Part shown: piece by piece, positions 1 to 10,085 of the stretch
How the letters are laid out: the number at the start of each line of letters is the position of its first letter
How positions within the stretch are numbered: position 1 is the stretch's first letter
Translations under genes and position numbers: made by a program
The notes under the pieces: model-generated
Told to the model about the DNA's origin: nothing
Databases searched by the model: none
Seen by the model: only the letters and a program-made list of their open reading frames with translations
Assembly: GCA_964549615.1 (NCBI GenBank)
Contig: CAZJVP010000020.1
Span: 64,001-128,000 of the forward strand
DNA length: 64,000 nt
Reading direction: 5' to 3'
From: an uncultured Thermococci archaeon
Lineage (GTDB): Archaea > CAYQAE01 > CAYVLA01

Positions 1-719
1 TGCTGGCTCATCTCGTAGATGAACATCTGGCAAAGCTGCACGACGCCCCTTTCGTCCCTTCCCTCCAGGTACGGGGCCATGAAGACGTTGAAGAGGTTGT
101 AGGACTGCCCCCCTGACCAGAAGACCTGGGACGCCGCGAGGGCCTTCGCGGCCTGGAATATGGCCACCTCGCCGTGCCTCGCGGGCCCGGCTACCGCGGT
201 GTCCTTCCCGGACCCATCCACCTTCAGGCCCCACATTAGGATGTCCCTGAGATCATGGACGAAGCAGTAGGGGCGCGTGACGAAGTACTCCAGGTCGTGT
301 ATGTGGATGACGCCACGGCGGTGGGCGTCCGCGATCTCGGTGGGGATGACCCTAGACAGCGCGTACTCCCTGGCTATCAGGTCGCCCATGTACTTGTGAA
401 TCGATTCCGGATTGAACTGGGCGCTCGCCTCCATCCTCGCTTCGCCGGAAAGAATCCTCTGAACGTCGTACACCGGAAGGCCAAGCCGCTGATGCTTGGA
501 CGCGATGTCGTCGAAGCCGTACTCTATTAGTTTGGCGTTGACGATTTCCCGGATCATCGTGGTCGTGGGCGATATGTCGATCCTCGAAAGATAGCTTTCG
601 ACATCGGCGGCCACCTTCTCGGCGATGCGGAGCGGCGCGTTCGCCTCGTTCACGAGGGCCCTCACTATCTTGTTCCTATCGAAGGGCTCGATGGTGTCGT
701 GGGAAGTCCGTACCCTCAA
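1..719 (-). CDS. nrdD: Anaerobic (class III) ribonucleoside-triphosphate reductase, 5' part (runs off window start)
   Basis: Not in the ORF track. Manual minus-strand translation from TTG at 719 gives LRVRTSHDTIEPFDRNKIVRALVNEA (ATP-cone) ... NPESIHKYMGD ... GVIHIHDLEYFVTRPYC ... WSGGQS, which are archaeal NrdD motifs. Confidence 0.9.
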   Translation of the reverse strand, partial: MRVRTSHDTIEPFDRNKIVRALVNEANAPLRIAEKVAADVESYLSRIDISPTTTMIREIVNAKLIEYGFDDIASKHQRLGLPVYDVQRILSGEARMEASAQFNPESIHKYMGDLIAREYALSRVIPTEIADAHRRGVIHIHDLEYFVTRPYCFVHDLRDILMWGLKVDGSGKDTAVAGPARHGEVAIFQAAKALAASQVFWSGGQSYNLFNVFMAPYLEGRDERGVVQLCQMFIYEMSQ

Positions 720-769
720 TGTCCTACCGGCTTATGAGAATTTCGATGAATGTCGGTTGACTGATAAGT

Positions 770-790
770 AGCAATATATATAAAATTGAG
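770..790. promoter_or_regulatory. AT-rich TATA-like element between divergent nrdD and wHTH genes
   Basis: CAATATATATAAAATT in a GC-rich background, in a roughly 100 bp divergent intergenic region. Confidence 0.55.
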
Positions 791-822
791 CTTTTAAGCG
801 CCAGCCGCGGGGGACCGGCCCC

Positions 823-1308
823 TTGATGCTTTCAAGAGCCGAAATGCAACTCCTCATATCGTTGAGGGATTCCTTCAAGACCAGGAGCGAGCTGGACGCT
901 GAGGATCTCTGCCACAGGGACACGCTTTCCAAGTGCCTCAGAAGGATGGAAGAGCTGGGATTCATCCTCAGGACGCCCAGGTGGATGGACGGGCGCTACA
1001 CGGCCGAGTTCAACCTCACCAGGTGGGGCAGGGAGATGGCCCTGATTCTGGAATCCTTCAAGCTCGGGGATATGCCCGAGACGGGCATCACGGAGCAGCG
1101 CTTCAGGATCATGCTCCTCTGCAGGGAGGGCAAACGGTTCGGCGAAATACGCGATGAGCTCGGGATAGCCGAGCCGAACGTGGACAGACAGCTGAAGATC
1201 CTTCTAGCGGCAGGGATCATCCAGAAGGAGGGCGATGCATACCTGCTCAGTCCGAGTGGCAGGGCTCTTGTGAAGACCTTGGAACAGAAGGCAAGCCAGG
1301 CGATGTAA
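823..1308 (+). CDS. Tandem winged-helix (MarR/ArsR-like) DNA-binding protein
   Basis: Two wHTH-like halves (TLSKCLRRMEELGFI...FNLTRWGRE; IAEPNVDRQLKILLAAGII...YLLSPSGRAL). Stop abuts the next start. Confidence 0.75.
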   Translation: MMLSRAEMQLLISLRDSFKTRSELDAEDLCHRDTLSKCLRRMEELGFILRTPRWMDGRYTAEFNLTRWGREMALILESFKLGDMPETGITEQRFRIMLLCREGKRFGEIRDELGIAEPNVDRQLKILLAAGIIQKEGDAYLLSPSGRALVKTLEQKASQAM

Positions 1309-1875
1309 ATGCAGGAGAGGATCAGGTCGTTCATAGCGGTAGAGACCCCCCAAGAGCTGGTGGCACGCATCGAGCCATTGTTGGAGGATCTTGCCAAACT
1401 CGGCGATCTCCGCGTCGTGAGGAGGGAGAACCTTCATTACACCGTGAAGTTCCTGGGCGAAATTTCACCCGAGATGATCGGGCCTATCGGCGACCGCATG
1501 AGGTCGGTCAGCGGCATGCTCGGCTTCCGGATCAACATAGGCGGAATCGGAGCATTCCCGAGCGCAAGTAAGCCAAGGGTCGTATGGATCGGAGCATCCA
1601 GCGAGGGGGACAAGATGGTCGCGCTCGCGAGGCTGCTTGACGAGCGCCTTCACGAGCTGGGCTTTGCGAGGGAGAGAAGCTACGTCCCTCACCTGACCCT
1701 CGCGCGAAGCCGCACTGGGAGAGGGAGTCCCCGACTCGTCCGGTACATAGAGAGCATGCGTGACGTCCAGATTGGATCGATGATCGTCAATAGCATGGTT
1801 CTTAAGAAATCGGTCCTCACACCTCAAGGCCCGATCTACTCGGACCTTCTCAGGGTGGAGTCGCCGGGGGTGTGA
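1309..1875 (+). CDS. thpR: RNA 2',3'-cyclic phosphodiesterase (2H family, LigT-like)
   Basis: Two HxT motifs (LHYTVKFLG, PHLTLAR), RSFIAV start, GAFP..PRVVW, SVLTPQGPIY. Confidence 0.93.
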   Translation: MQERIRSFIAVETPQELVARIEPLLEDLAKLGDLRVVRRENLHYTVKFLGEISPEMIGPIGDRMRSVSGMLGFRINIGGIGAFPSASKPRVVWIGASSEGDKMVALARLLDERLHELGFARERSYVPHLTLARSRTGRGSPRLVRYIESMRDVQIGSMIVNSMVLKKSVLTPQGPIYSDLLRVESPGV

Positions 1876-3284
1876 AGCTGGCGGACCCTGAATCCCTCCT
1901 CCCAAGTATCCTCAAGAGGATAACCCCTTCCCCGAGGACGCGGTCCATAGTTGAGCCCCTCGCCCGGGCCATCACCTCCGAGATCGAGGGGATCGTTCAG
2001 GGCGTGTTGCCGGGCTGTGTAGTGGAGGTTGAGGGATCCGTCGCGAAAGGCACCTACCTGGAAAGCCAACACGACATCGATATCTTCGTGTTCTTCCCGC
2101 CGGAGACGTCGAGGCCGCAGATGGAGGAGACGATCCTAAGCGTTGGCAAACGGTGGGCGGAAAACCGGCATGCGAAGTACCAAATCGCATACGCGGAGCA
2201 TCCCTACGTAAGGGTTTTCCTTGACCACGAGGGCCTAACCTTCAAGGTCGACGTTGTGGGAGCGTTCCTGATACGATCCACATCCAAGCTCAAGTCCGCG
2301 GTGGACAGGACGAGATTCCACACAGCCTACGTCAGGCAGAGATTGACCCCTCAGCTCCGCGACGAGATCCTGCTGACCAAGCAGTTCATGAAAGGGATCG
2401 GCGTGTACGGATCAGAGTCCAGGGTCGGCGGCTTCTCCGGCCTCCTCTGCGAAGTCCTGACGATCGCTCATCGAACGTTCCTTGAGCTTCTCAGGGCAGC
2501 TGCGGAGTGGCGCCCCGGACAAGTCGTCGATGTCGAAGGACTTGGTGCCGGTCGGAAAACCTTCGACGCAGCTCTCGTCGTCATCGACCCCACGGATGGA
2601 CGCAGAAACGCCGCGGCCGCAGTCTCCCTAGAGAAGATGTGCACATTCATACATGCGGCAAGGAGCTTCCTCGAGAATCCGACCGAGCGTTACTTCTTCC
2701 CGAAGCCGAGAAGACCCCTGCCGAAGTCCGAGCTCATGCGTATCCTCAAGGCAAGGCGAACCAAGCTACTAATCATCGAGTTCCGCAGGCCAGACATCAT
2801 CGACGACATACTGTACCCACAGATCGAGAGGATGACATCCGCCCTCAGGGGACAGCTCGCCGAGAAGGGGTTCACCCTAGTCGGACCGTCCACCGACTCG
2901 GTTCGGGAGGATGGTGGAAAGATCCATATCCTCATCGAGCTTGGGGTTGCGTCGTTGGCCCGCGTCGAGAAGAGGAAGGGCCCGGGCTTGGACAGGATTG
3001 GCCACGCAAGGAGGTTCCTTGCAAAGCACAGGGAAGAATACCCGTATCTGGAGGGTGCGAACTGGTGCGTCGACGCCCCCAGGAAGTACAGCGAGCCGGA
3101 ACAGCTCCTCTCCTTCATACTGTCCAGCAACCCCCAGGGGATCCTCCCGGGCAACCTCGCTGCCGCTTTGTCGAAGGGCTGGGCGATCAGGGCTGACGAG
3201 GAGGCGGTCAGGCTGGCGTCGCCCACCGTGAGGCAGATGTTGACCGAGCATTTCTGCAGGCTTTTTCCCTGGGAGATCGAGTGA
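1872..3284 (+). CDS. cca: Archaeal (class I) CCA-adding tRNA nucleotidyltransferase
   Basis: GSVAKGTYL..HDIDIF, YAEHPY, SAVDRTRFH, GVYGSE..GGFSG, DPTD..RNAAAAVS. GTGA overlap with thpR. Confidence 0.95.
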   Translation: MKLADPESLLPSILKRITPSPRTRSIVEPLARAITSEIEGIVQGVLPGCVVEVEGSVAKGTYLESQHDIDIFVFFPPETSRPQMEETILSVGKRWAENRHAKYQIAYAEHPYVRVFLDHEGLTFKVDVVGAFLIRSTSKLKSAVDRTRFHTAYVRQRLTPQLRDEILLTKQFMKGIGVYGSESRVGGFSGLLCEVLTIAHRTFLELLRAAAEWRPGQVVDVEGLGAGRKTFDAALVVIDPTDGRRNAAAAVSLEKMCTFIHAARSFLENPTERYFFPKPRRPLPKSELMRILKARRTKLLIIEFRRPDIIDDILYPQIERMTSALRGQLAEKGFTLVGPSTDSVREDGGKIHILIELGVASLARVEKRKGPGLDRIGHARRFLAKHREEYPYLEGANWCVDAPRKYSEPEQLLSFILSSNPQGILPGNLAAALSKGWAIRADEEAVRLASPTVRQMLTEHFCRLFPWEIE

Positions 3285-3394
3285 TGTTCAACAACTTACG
3301 ATAATTTCCACATGTATCCGAAATCTTTATAAGTCGCGGACGCGCACGCAAACGCCACCCGATTTCCCTCATTGCCGACTCGGCGGCGATTACC

Positions 3395-5626
3395 ATGGCG
3401 TGGACCAACAAGATGCCTGAGGTTCGGAAGAGCATAGGGGTGATAAAGCCCTGGAACAGGAAGGAGATCTACGACTCCCTGATCAAGGAAGCTGGCATCT
3501 CGCCAACGATGGCGAACAAGATCACAGACCTCGTCGAACTGGAACTCCGCCGGCTCAAGATCGAGAAGAACGTGGAGTGGCTTTCAGGAGAGATGATCAG
3601 GGTACTAGTCGAGAGGGAGTTGATCAATCAGGGGCTGGAGAACGAACGGAAGCTCTACAGCAGGACCGGCATGCCCCTCTATGACCTGGAGCAGCTCTAC
3701 TTCCATTACGACTGGGAGAACAGCAACCAGCACCCTGCCCCCGAGTTCATCCATAAGACCATGGCCGACCAGATGAGCCGTCAGTACGCGCTGATGAAGC
3801 TGTTTAACGTCGACATAACCACCTCCACGGGGGCCAGCTACAACCTGTCGGATGCCCACATGAGCGGGATGATCCACATCCACGACCTCGACTACCTCGA
3901 CCGGCCTTTCTGCAACCAGATCTCGGGACGCTATGTCTTTCGCAACGGCCTCTACATCGACGGCACGGGCCAGTATTGCAACGTCTCATCGCCGCCCAAG
4001 CACCTGGATACCGCCATCAAGCTCGCGTGCGAGTTTCTGGCCGCCTGCAGCAGGAACTGGAATGGCGGCCAAGCCTGGAGGAACATTGCGTGGGAGCTCG
4101 GACCCTTCATCGAGAAGGCAGCCAAGACGAGTTGGACGACGAAGGCCGTCAACGGCATGCAGATCCCCGCCAACATCGTCCAGGGCGCGCAGACCCTGAG
4201 GTATGAGCCGAACCACATACTGGTATCAAGGGGCAGCCAGGCGGCCTTCTCGACCTCGTACTTCCAGGCGAAGCCGCCGAAGTACCTCAGGGAAGCGGAC
4301 GTGGTTTTGCCGGGCGGCGAGGTTGAGAGGGACTCCAGCTACGAGCAGTATGCCGAGTACGTCTACATGTTCATGTACGCCTACCTGATGGAGTCCATAA
4401 AGGGCGATCACTCTGGGAAGATGTTCGACTGGATGAAGGACGACATCAGCATCGACCCAAAGCTCAGGTCGGACAATGAGATCTGCGAGAACATCTACGA
4501 GCCCACGATGAAGTACATCGCCAAGTTTGGCGGACCGTACCTGCTCAACGGCCGCAACGTCCAGGATGATGAGGTCGAATGCTCCTCCTGCTGCTCCCTG
4601 GTGATAAGATCCAAGGATCCAGAGGACTTCGAGTTAGCCGCAAAGGGGGTTCTCCAACAGGGCGGGTTTTCCTGCACGACCCTCAACCTGCCAAGGATCG
4701 CCTACGATGCTCACGGCGACGATGATGTCTTCTTCGAGCTTCTCCGGGAGCGAATGGAGGTCATGCGGGAGGTTCATCTGATCCGGCGGGAGTTCTTCAG
4801 GAAGGTGATGAAGAGCGGCGCCACTCCCTTCCTCCTGCAGCCGAGAATCAGGAGCGGCCCGGACAAGGACCTTACTCCCTTCTTTGACCTGGACAAGCAA
4901 AGCCTGCTCATGGGGATGGTTGGCCTCAATGAGGCCGTCCAGAAGCACCTGGGGCAGGAGCTCCACGAATCAGCGGATGCCCACAGGTTCGGCCTCAAAA
5001 CAATAAAGGCGATGGTCGACGCCGCGGCAGAGTTCAGTGAAGAGACCGGCGCGCCCTTCGCCGTATGGAGGACGCCAGCCGAAACCGCAGCCCACCGACT
5101 CGCCGGCATCGATAACGAGCTTTACGGAAACGAGGCAATCGTCCGGGGCGACCGGCGGTCAGGGGCCGTCTACTACACGAACTCCACGCACGTCAGGGTC
5201 TCTGCGGACGTCCCGCTCTTCCGAAGGATCCTGCTTGAGTCCTCCTTCCACGCGCTCCTAGGCAGCAACCTGCTGCACATCTGGTTGGGCGAGGGCAACC
5301 CTGACCCCGAGGCCATTTGGTCGCTCACCGAGAAGATCATTAACCAGACGGCGGCCGAGTACTTCACGTATACCAAGGAGATCAGCACCTGCTACAGCTG
5401 CTTCACGACCTTCTCCGGAATCGTCGACCGCTGCCCCAACTGCGGCCAGGACGGCAGCAACATCTACGTTCAGTCCCGCATCACCGGGTACATGTCGACC
5501 ATCGGAAGAGCAAAGGACATAATCGCGCTCAAGAACAGGGATATGACGGCGCTCGAGAATCTTCACTGGAACAAGGGAAAGAGCATGGAGATGATCGAGA
5601 GACACAGGACCCCGAACCTCTCTTGA
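3395..5626 (+). CDS. nrdD: Anaerobic (class III) ribonucleoside-triphosphate reductase, second paralog
   Basis: N-terminal ATP-cone, HIHDLDY..PFC, TLNLPRIA, GMVGLNE, TPAE, YYTNSTH, CxxC..CxxC Zn site, glycyl-radical loop SRITGY. Confidence 0.93.
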   Translation: MAWTNKMPEVRKSIGVIKPWNRKEIYDSLIKEAGISPTMANKITDLVELELRRLKIEKNVEWLSGEMIRVLVERELINQGLENERKLYSRTGMPLYDLEQLYFHYDWENSNQHPAPEFIHKTMADQMSRQYALMKLFNVDITTSTGASYNLSDAHMSGMIHIHDLDYLDRPFCNQISGRYVFRNGLYIDGTGQYCNVSSPPKHLDTAIKLACEFLAACSRNWNGGQAWRNIAWELGPFIEKAAKTSWTTKAVNGMQIPANIVQGAQTLRYEPNHILVSRGSQAAFSTSYFQAKPPKYLREADVVLPGGEVERDSSYEQYAEYVYMFMYAYLMESIKGDHSGKMFDWMKDDISIDPKLRSDNEICENIYEPTMKYIAKFGGPYLLNGRNVQDDEVECSSCCSLVIRSKDPEDFELAAKGVLQQGGFSCTTLNLPRIAYDAHGDDDVFFELLRERMEVMREVHLIRREFFRKVMKSGATPFLLQPRIRSGPDKDLTPFFDLDKQSLLMGMVGLNEAVQKHLGQELHESADAHRFGLKTIKAMVDAAAEFSEETGAPFAVWRTPAETAAHRLAGIDNELYGNEAIVRGDRRSGAVYYTNSTHVRVSADVPLFRRILLESSFHALLGSNLLHIWLGEGNPDPEAIWSLTEKIINQTAAEYFTYTKEISTCYSCFTTFSGIVDRCPNCGQDGSNIYVQSRITGYMSTIGRAKDIIALKNRDMTALENLHWNKGKSMEMIERHRTPNLS

Positions 5627-5634
5627 TCGAGCCG

Positions 5635-5925
5635 GGCTTGGAATCCCCTCATACATCCGTACACCGTTCCCGTTTCTAAGAGTCCCTATGACCTTCCAGT
5701 GCAGGACAAGCGTCCTCAAAGCCCGCTCCGAACGATTGTTGGTGAACTCCACGCCGGGATGACTCACCGCCGTGGACAGGTAAGGATAAGCAGCCTTGAC
5801 CTTCCTGACAAACCTTAAGATCTTTGCAGACCGGCACGCAAGCCTGCCTCTTTCCTCCGGGGGAGGATCGTTCTTCAGGGCTTCTTTGGACGTCTCATAG
5901 ATGCTGTGAAGACCCTTCCCCAGAG
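5635..5925 (-). mobile_element. IS66-family transposase remnant (C-terminal fragment)
   Basis: Minus-strand frame reads ...YLSTAVSHPGVEFTNNRSERALRTLVLHWKVIGTLRNGNG, matching the IS66 TnpC C-terminal TNNxxERALR motif. No intact N-terminus. Confidence 0.75.
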
Positions 5926-6071
5926 ATTAGGCCCCCATGTGCCGCGTATCTTTTTCCCCTGCCTTTCAACAGCGTCCTTCTGATCCTTCCCAGCCTTGTC
6001 GTTTCGGCTTGTGTGCCTTGTGTGCCCTGCACGCGTGCAGTTAAATAGGGTCAAGAGTCAGGCCTTGTGCA

Positions 6072-6485
6072 ATGCCAGGCTCAGCGAACCTCGCAACCCT
6101 CGGACTCCTACTGGTCCTCATCACGGCTGGGTGCCTTTCTTCCTCGGTCGAACCCGGTAGCCAGGCCAATCAGACAGACAACGCCACCTCGACCAAGATG
6201 ATCTACTACTACTTCTACAGTGACGCGTGCCCCGCCTGCAAACTGATGGAGCAGACCACGCTATCCAACAGAACGGTCTTGGATGCGCTCGAGGCAAATT
6301 TCATCCTCAGGAAAACGAATGCTGCCACGAACGCGCGCCTCGCGCAGAGATACGGCATCGTGTTCGTGCCCACGAGCGTCTTCACGCGCCCCGACGGAGA
6401 GGAGCTCAGGAGGGTTGTGGGTGCGGTCCCGGCCGAAGAGTTCCTCAAGCTGCTGGACGAGGTCGTCGCCCTGGCGCAAGGCTGA
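6072..6485 (+). CDS. Thioredoxin-family lipoprotein
   Basis: Hydrophobic signal ending ITAGC (lipobox-like), CPAC motif, cis-Pro motif FVPT. Confidence 0.85.
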   Translation: MPGSANLATLGLLLVLITAGCLSSSVEPGSQANQTDNATSTKMIYYYFYSDACPACKLMEQTTLSNRTVLDALEANFILRKTNAATNARLAQRYGIVFVPTSVFTRPDGEELRRVVGAVPAEEFLKLLDEVVALAQG

Positions 6486-6488
6486 CGG

Positions 6489-7583
6489 TCAGGCGCGCCG
6501 AGAAAAGCATCCCCAGTATGAGGCGAGAAGCCCACGGAGCCTCGCCGATGTCCTCTGTGCCTCCGAGGTCCGCTTCTCGTCATCAACCTTCCTCGGCAGG
6601 CGTTCGGTCGGACCCTCGAACGGCATGTGCAGGGTCCCGGTCATGAGAGAGTACCAACAGCTCGGGATGGCCGCGATATCGTAGCCGCTTCCCATGATGT
6701 CTAGATACAATGCCCCAAGTTCGTCTCTAAGGCTGCCGACCCAGGAGCCCAAGGTGTGCAAGTCGGCTTTGCTGAGGCCAAGATAGGTCTGGTAACCCAA
6801 GTGCGTTATGTCGAAAAGGTAAAGGTCGGACCCGCCGTTTCTTATGATGAGCTGGGGCCTGAACTCCCTCGCGATGGGCAGCAGAATCTCTTCCCAGAAT
6901 ATCCGGTAGCACTTGATGCCAGCGAAGGGGGGCATCGGGAAGTTCACGCAATAGCCTGCTCCTCGGCCCTCCCCGATCTCCTCGACGAAGCCTCTCAGCG
7001 GATAGAAGTTCGTCGGGTCATGGTGCACGGACACCGTCAGGACGGTCGGGTCGTTGTAGAATATATCCATCGTCCCATCGCCCGCATGGGCGTCGGTGTC
7101 CAGAACCATCACCCTCTCTATACCGAGGTCCCGCGCATGTTGAGCCGCGGCTGCGACATCGTTCAGGACGCAGAAACCGCCTCCCCGGGATGGGCCTGCG
7201 TGGTGAAGCCCTCCGAAGGTGTAGACCGGCAACCGTCTCTCCTTGGCAAGCTCAACCCCCATCATGGTGGCCCCGACGATTAGCTTGTTGGCCTCCAACA
7301 TCTCCCGCTCGACTTGGGTGTCCGCAGTCAGGTACGTGAGAAAGGTGCCGGGTATCTCGCTGGCCAACTGCTCAACGTAGTTCAGGTACTCCTCGGTGTG
7401 GATCTTGAGGAGATCGTCCCTCGTTGCCTTCTTGGGCCTGACCACCTCATAGAGGTGGTTTGGCATCCTCGAGACCAGGAAATCCCAGAAATCGGTGAAT
7501 CGCTGGCCGGAGAAGGCATAGCTGGGGGGCACGTCGTACTTGGCGAACGCCGAATCGTAGATAATCAGGAAAATTGGCGCCAT
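6489..7583 (-). CDS. Histone deacetylase / AcuC family deacetylase
   Basis: GGLHHAG, GGFC..NDVA, LDTDAHAGDG, GGSD, GSGY. Start set at ATG 7583, which overlaps the DUF2070 stop. Confidence 0.9.
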   Translation of the reverse strand: MAPIFLIIYDSAFAKYDVPPSYAFSGQRFTDFWDFLVSRMPNHLYEVVRPKKATRDDLLKIHTEEYLNYVEQLASEIPGTFLTYLTADTQVEREMLEANKLIVGATMMGVELAKERRLPVYTFGGLHHAGPSRGGGFCVLNDVAAAAQHARDLGIERVMVLDTDAHAGDGTMDIFYNDPTVLTVSVHHDPTNFYPLRGFVEEIGEGRGAGYCVNFPMPPFAGIKCYRIFWEEILLPIAREFRPQLIIRNGGSDLYLFDITHLGYQTYLGLSKADLHTLGSWVGSLRDELGALYLDIMGSGYDIAAIPSCWYSLMTGTLHMPFEGPTERLPRKVDDEKRTSEAQRTSARLRGLLASYWGCFSRRA

Positions 7584-9349
7584 CAGAAGGTCCGGCCCCT
7601 CAGGACGATGAAGATCAGCACGCAAAGGGCAATGACGGCGATGATCAGGACCGCGGTGAACCCCTTCCCCATCGACATCATGGAGTTGAGCGTCGTGACC
7701 ATCTCCGAAATCTTGCCGGGCCCGAAGACGTTGATGCTCGGCGTCATGCGCACATCCAACCGGGCCGTAACGGGAGAAAGGCCGCTCAGCGCGTCCTTGG
7801 TTGCGGCGAGGACGTCCTCAACCAGCCCTTCCGTCGAAGCACCCGCCGGGTTGAAGTCGCCCTTGAGGAGGTTGACCGAGTGGTTGTCACTGGTCATCAC
7901 TTCGCACTCGTCCACGAGCCCCGAGAGCCTCTCCGCGATCTTCTCCCTCATGCCTCCAACCATATTATTCGCATCTACAGCGACGTAGGCTACCTTCTGC
8001 GTTCCTATCTCCATGACGCAGACGCGTATCCCCAGGGGGCCGATGCTCTCGCCCTCGCACCCTCTGACCCCGAACCCGGCCCTGATCGGGAAGGTCTCTG
8101 CAGTTGATAGCCTACGCGCAAGTTCGGCCACCGCGTTCAACAGATCGTATCCCTCCCTGTCGCCCGCATGGATCGCCTTTGCAGATTCGCTGAAGCAGTT
8201 GTGGGCATCCACCAGTGCCACCTGCCTCGCTCCCGCCGCTTTCCCGGCCTCCATGGCCGCCAAGCCAAGGCCCAGCTCAACGTCCTCCGTTGGCAGCGGC
8301 GAGAACGTATTGATTGCGAAGAGGGACCCGTCGATCATCTGACCGACCAGCTTGGAGGACCCGACCTGGACCCTCTGCACGTTCGTGCTCTTGGAGACCC
8401 ATCCGTCCCTCTCCGAAAGGACCTCCCTTGCGACCCGGGCGAGCTTCCGGGTCTCCTGAGCCGACGTCGGGTTCAAGTCGTGGGTAGACGAGCCGTGGAC
8501 GACCAGCAGACACCCTGACTCCGAGGAAAGCTCGTCGTCAAGCAGTTTCGTCACATTGGAAGCCCCAAGGTTTCCCAGAGGGCCGGGGTGAACATATGGG
8601 ACGATGATCATCCCCTTCGGCTTGCCGGTGTCGGCGTCCCTGAAAACCAGATGGCCGGCAGGCACGGTCACGGACTGACCTATCGTCTGGAAGAATCGCT
8701 CCATTGACAAGGAGTTGCTCGTGAGGTGGTCGAAGAAGGAGCTTATCAGGTCAAACACCCCGAAGCCGAAGGCCTGCTTCATCGGGGACTCGATGATTTT
8801 CATGTAGACGAAAACGCCGGCCGCTATCGTGGCAAAAACCGCCAAGGCGACTATGGGTTTGAAGTTCTCCGGGAGGAGGTACAGGCCCGGGGCAACCCTT
8901 TCCATGGCTAAAAGGATGGCTATCTGGAAGAGAGGCTGCGTGCTCGCGGGCAGCACGCATGATATCCTGTTTATGTTGGTTATGGAGAGTATGGCGAAGT
9001 AGCTCAACGCGAAGGCCATCGCCTGGCCGAAGATGAGGGAGTCCAAAAGCAAGGAAGGGGCGAAAGCGTAGGGAACGAAGAAGAAGAGGGCGATGACCAG
9101 CATCGATATGAGGGAGAGGAACATCGACCTGCGTATGAACAAGCTCCTGCTCCATGGCCTCGTCATGGCGGTGGATGCCGCGGCGGAAAGCAGCGCTGGG
9201 ACGCCGAAGACCAAGAAGGAGAAGACGTAGTGGCCGCGCATGAACAGGCCAAAGAGGATCGTGATGAGGATCACCGCGATGGCGGTCGCGTGGTACCTCG
9301 GCACGCTGAAGGCATACTTCCTCAAGGACCTGAGCTTGTTTACGTCCAT
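7583..9349 (-). CDS. DUF2070 family archaeal membrane protein
   Basis: Multi-TM N-terminus, VHPGP.G..G, HG...HD.NP, VDAHN, DANNM, TSDNH, C-terminal TM. Confidence 0.85.
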   Translation of the reverse strand: MDVNKLRSLRKYAFSVPRYHATAIAVILITILFGLFMRGHYVFSFLVFGVPALLSAAASTAMTRPWSRSLFIRRSMFLSLISMLVIALFFFVPYAFAPSLLLDSLIFGQAMAFALSYFAILSITNINRISCVLPASTQPLFQIAILLAMERVAPGLYLLPENFKPIVALAVFATIAAGVFVYMKIIESPMKQAFGFGVFDLISSFFDHLTSNSLSMERFFQTIGQSVTVPAGHLVFRDADTGKPKGMIIVPYVHPGPLGNLGASNVTKLLDDELSSESGCLLVVHGSSTHDLNPTSAQETRKLARVAREVLSERDGWVSKSTNVQRVQVGSSKLVGQMIDGSLFAINTFSPLPTEDVELGLGLAAMEAGKAAGARQVALVDAHNCFSESAKAIHAGDREGYDLLNAVAELARRLSTAETFPIRAGFGVRGCEGESIGPLGIRVCVMEIGTQKVAYVAVDANNMVGGMREKIAERLSGLVDECEVMTSDNHSVNLLKGDFNPAGASTEGLVEDVLAATKDALSGLSPVTARLDVRMTPSINVFGPGKISEMVTTLNSMMSMGKGFTAVLIIAVIALCVLIFIVLRGRTF

Positions 9350-9393
9350 CCCCGCACGCCTTCTTGCAGGAGAGGCCCTTGGAACAGATATAA

Positions 9394-9993
9394 ATGAAAG
9401 CGGACGGGAAAGCTGCCGTGGGAGTCGAAAGGGAGCCGAGGCTGTTCGTTTTCAATGCGCACCAGTGTGATCCGAAGAAATGCACCGGGCAGAAGCTGAA
9501 ACGACACGGCCTGGTCACGGTCGTGAAAAGGATCCCTTTCGGAACGGTGCTCCTGGACCCCTTCGCGACGATCACCCTGAGCCGGGGGGATCTGGACCGG
9601 GCGCTGGATCGGGGGATGACCGCCCTGGACTGCTCCTGGAAGAATGCCCAGGCAATATTTAAGAGAGGCGCAGGTTCCACGGTACGTAGACGGATACCCT
9701 GGACGGTCGCCACGAACCCCATCAACTACGGGAAGCCGTGCGAGCTGAGCACCGTCGAGGCCTTGGCGGCCGGCCTGTACATTTTGGGGTTCAAGAAGAG
9801 GTCCGAAGAGCTTCTGAACAAGTTCAAGTGGGGTCCCTTCTTCACGGTGCTGAACGGGGAACTCCTAGAACTGTACTCGGAAGCTGACACGTCCGAGGGC
9901 GTGGAGGAGGCCGAAAGAAAGGCTTTGGAGCGATTGCGATGCCAAGGTTCGAGGAAGCCGAAGCAAGGCTGTTCAACAAGAAGATCTGCATGA
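9394..9993 (+). CDS. tsr3: 16S rRNA aminocarboxypropyltransferase Tsr3 (DUF367)
   Basis: [46 protein letters not shown]. Confidence 0.93.
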   Translation: MKADGKAAVGVEREPRLFVFNAHQCDPKKCTGQKLKRHGLVTVVKRIPFGTVLLDPFATITLSRGDLDRALDRGMTALDCSWKNAQAIFKRGAGSTVRRRIPWTVATNPINYGKPCELSTVEALAAGLYILGFKKRSEELLNKFKWGPFFTVLNGELLELYSEADTSEGVEEAERKALERLRCQGSRKPKQGCSTRRSA

Positions 9994-10085
9994 AGTGCAA
10001 TGCGAGAAACCCGCCCAGGGCCTCCAAGTGCAGGAAGTGCGGAAGCAAGGCACTCAGGTTCAAGAACAAGGAGGTCAAGGGTTAA
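9939..10085 (+). CDS. rpl40e: 50S ribosomal protein L40e
   Basis: Below the ORF-track cutoff. Manual translation [48 protein letters not shown]; overlaps the 3' end of tsr3. Confidence 0.95.
   Translation: MPRFEEAEARLFNKKICMKCNARNPPRASKCRKCGSKALRFKNKEVKG

Noticed and set aside
3395-5626. Intein in NrdD
   Set aside because: Length is normal and no C...HN(C/S/T) splice junctions or LAGLIDADG blocks are seen
6072-6485. Thioredoxin as electron donor for the adjacent NrdD
   Set aside because: It has a lipoprotein-type signal peptide, so it is probably extracytoplasmic, and it is separated from nrdD by an IS remnant
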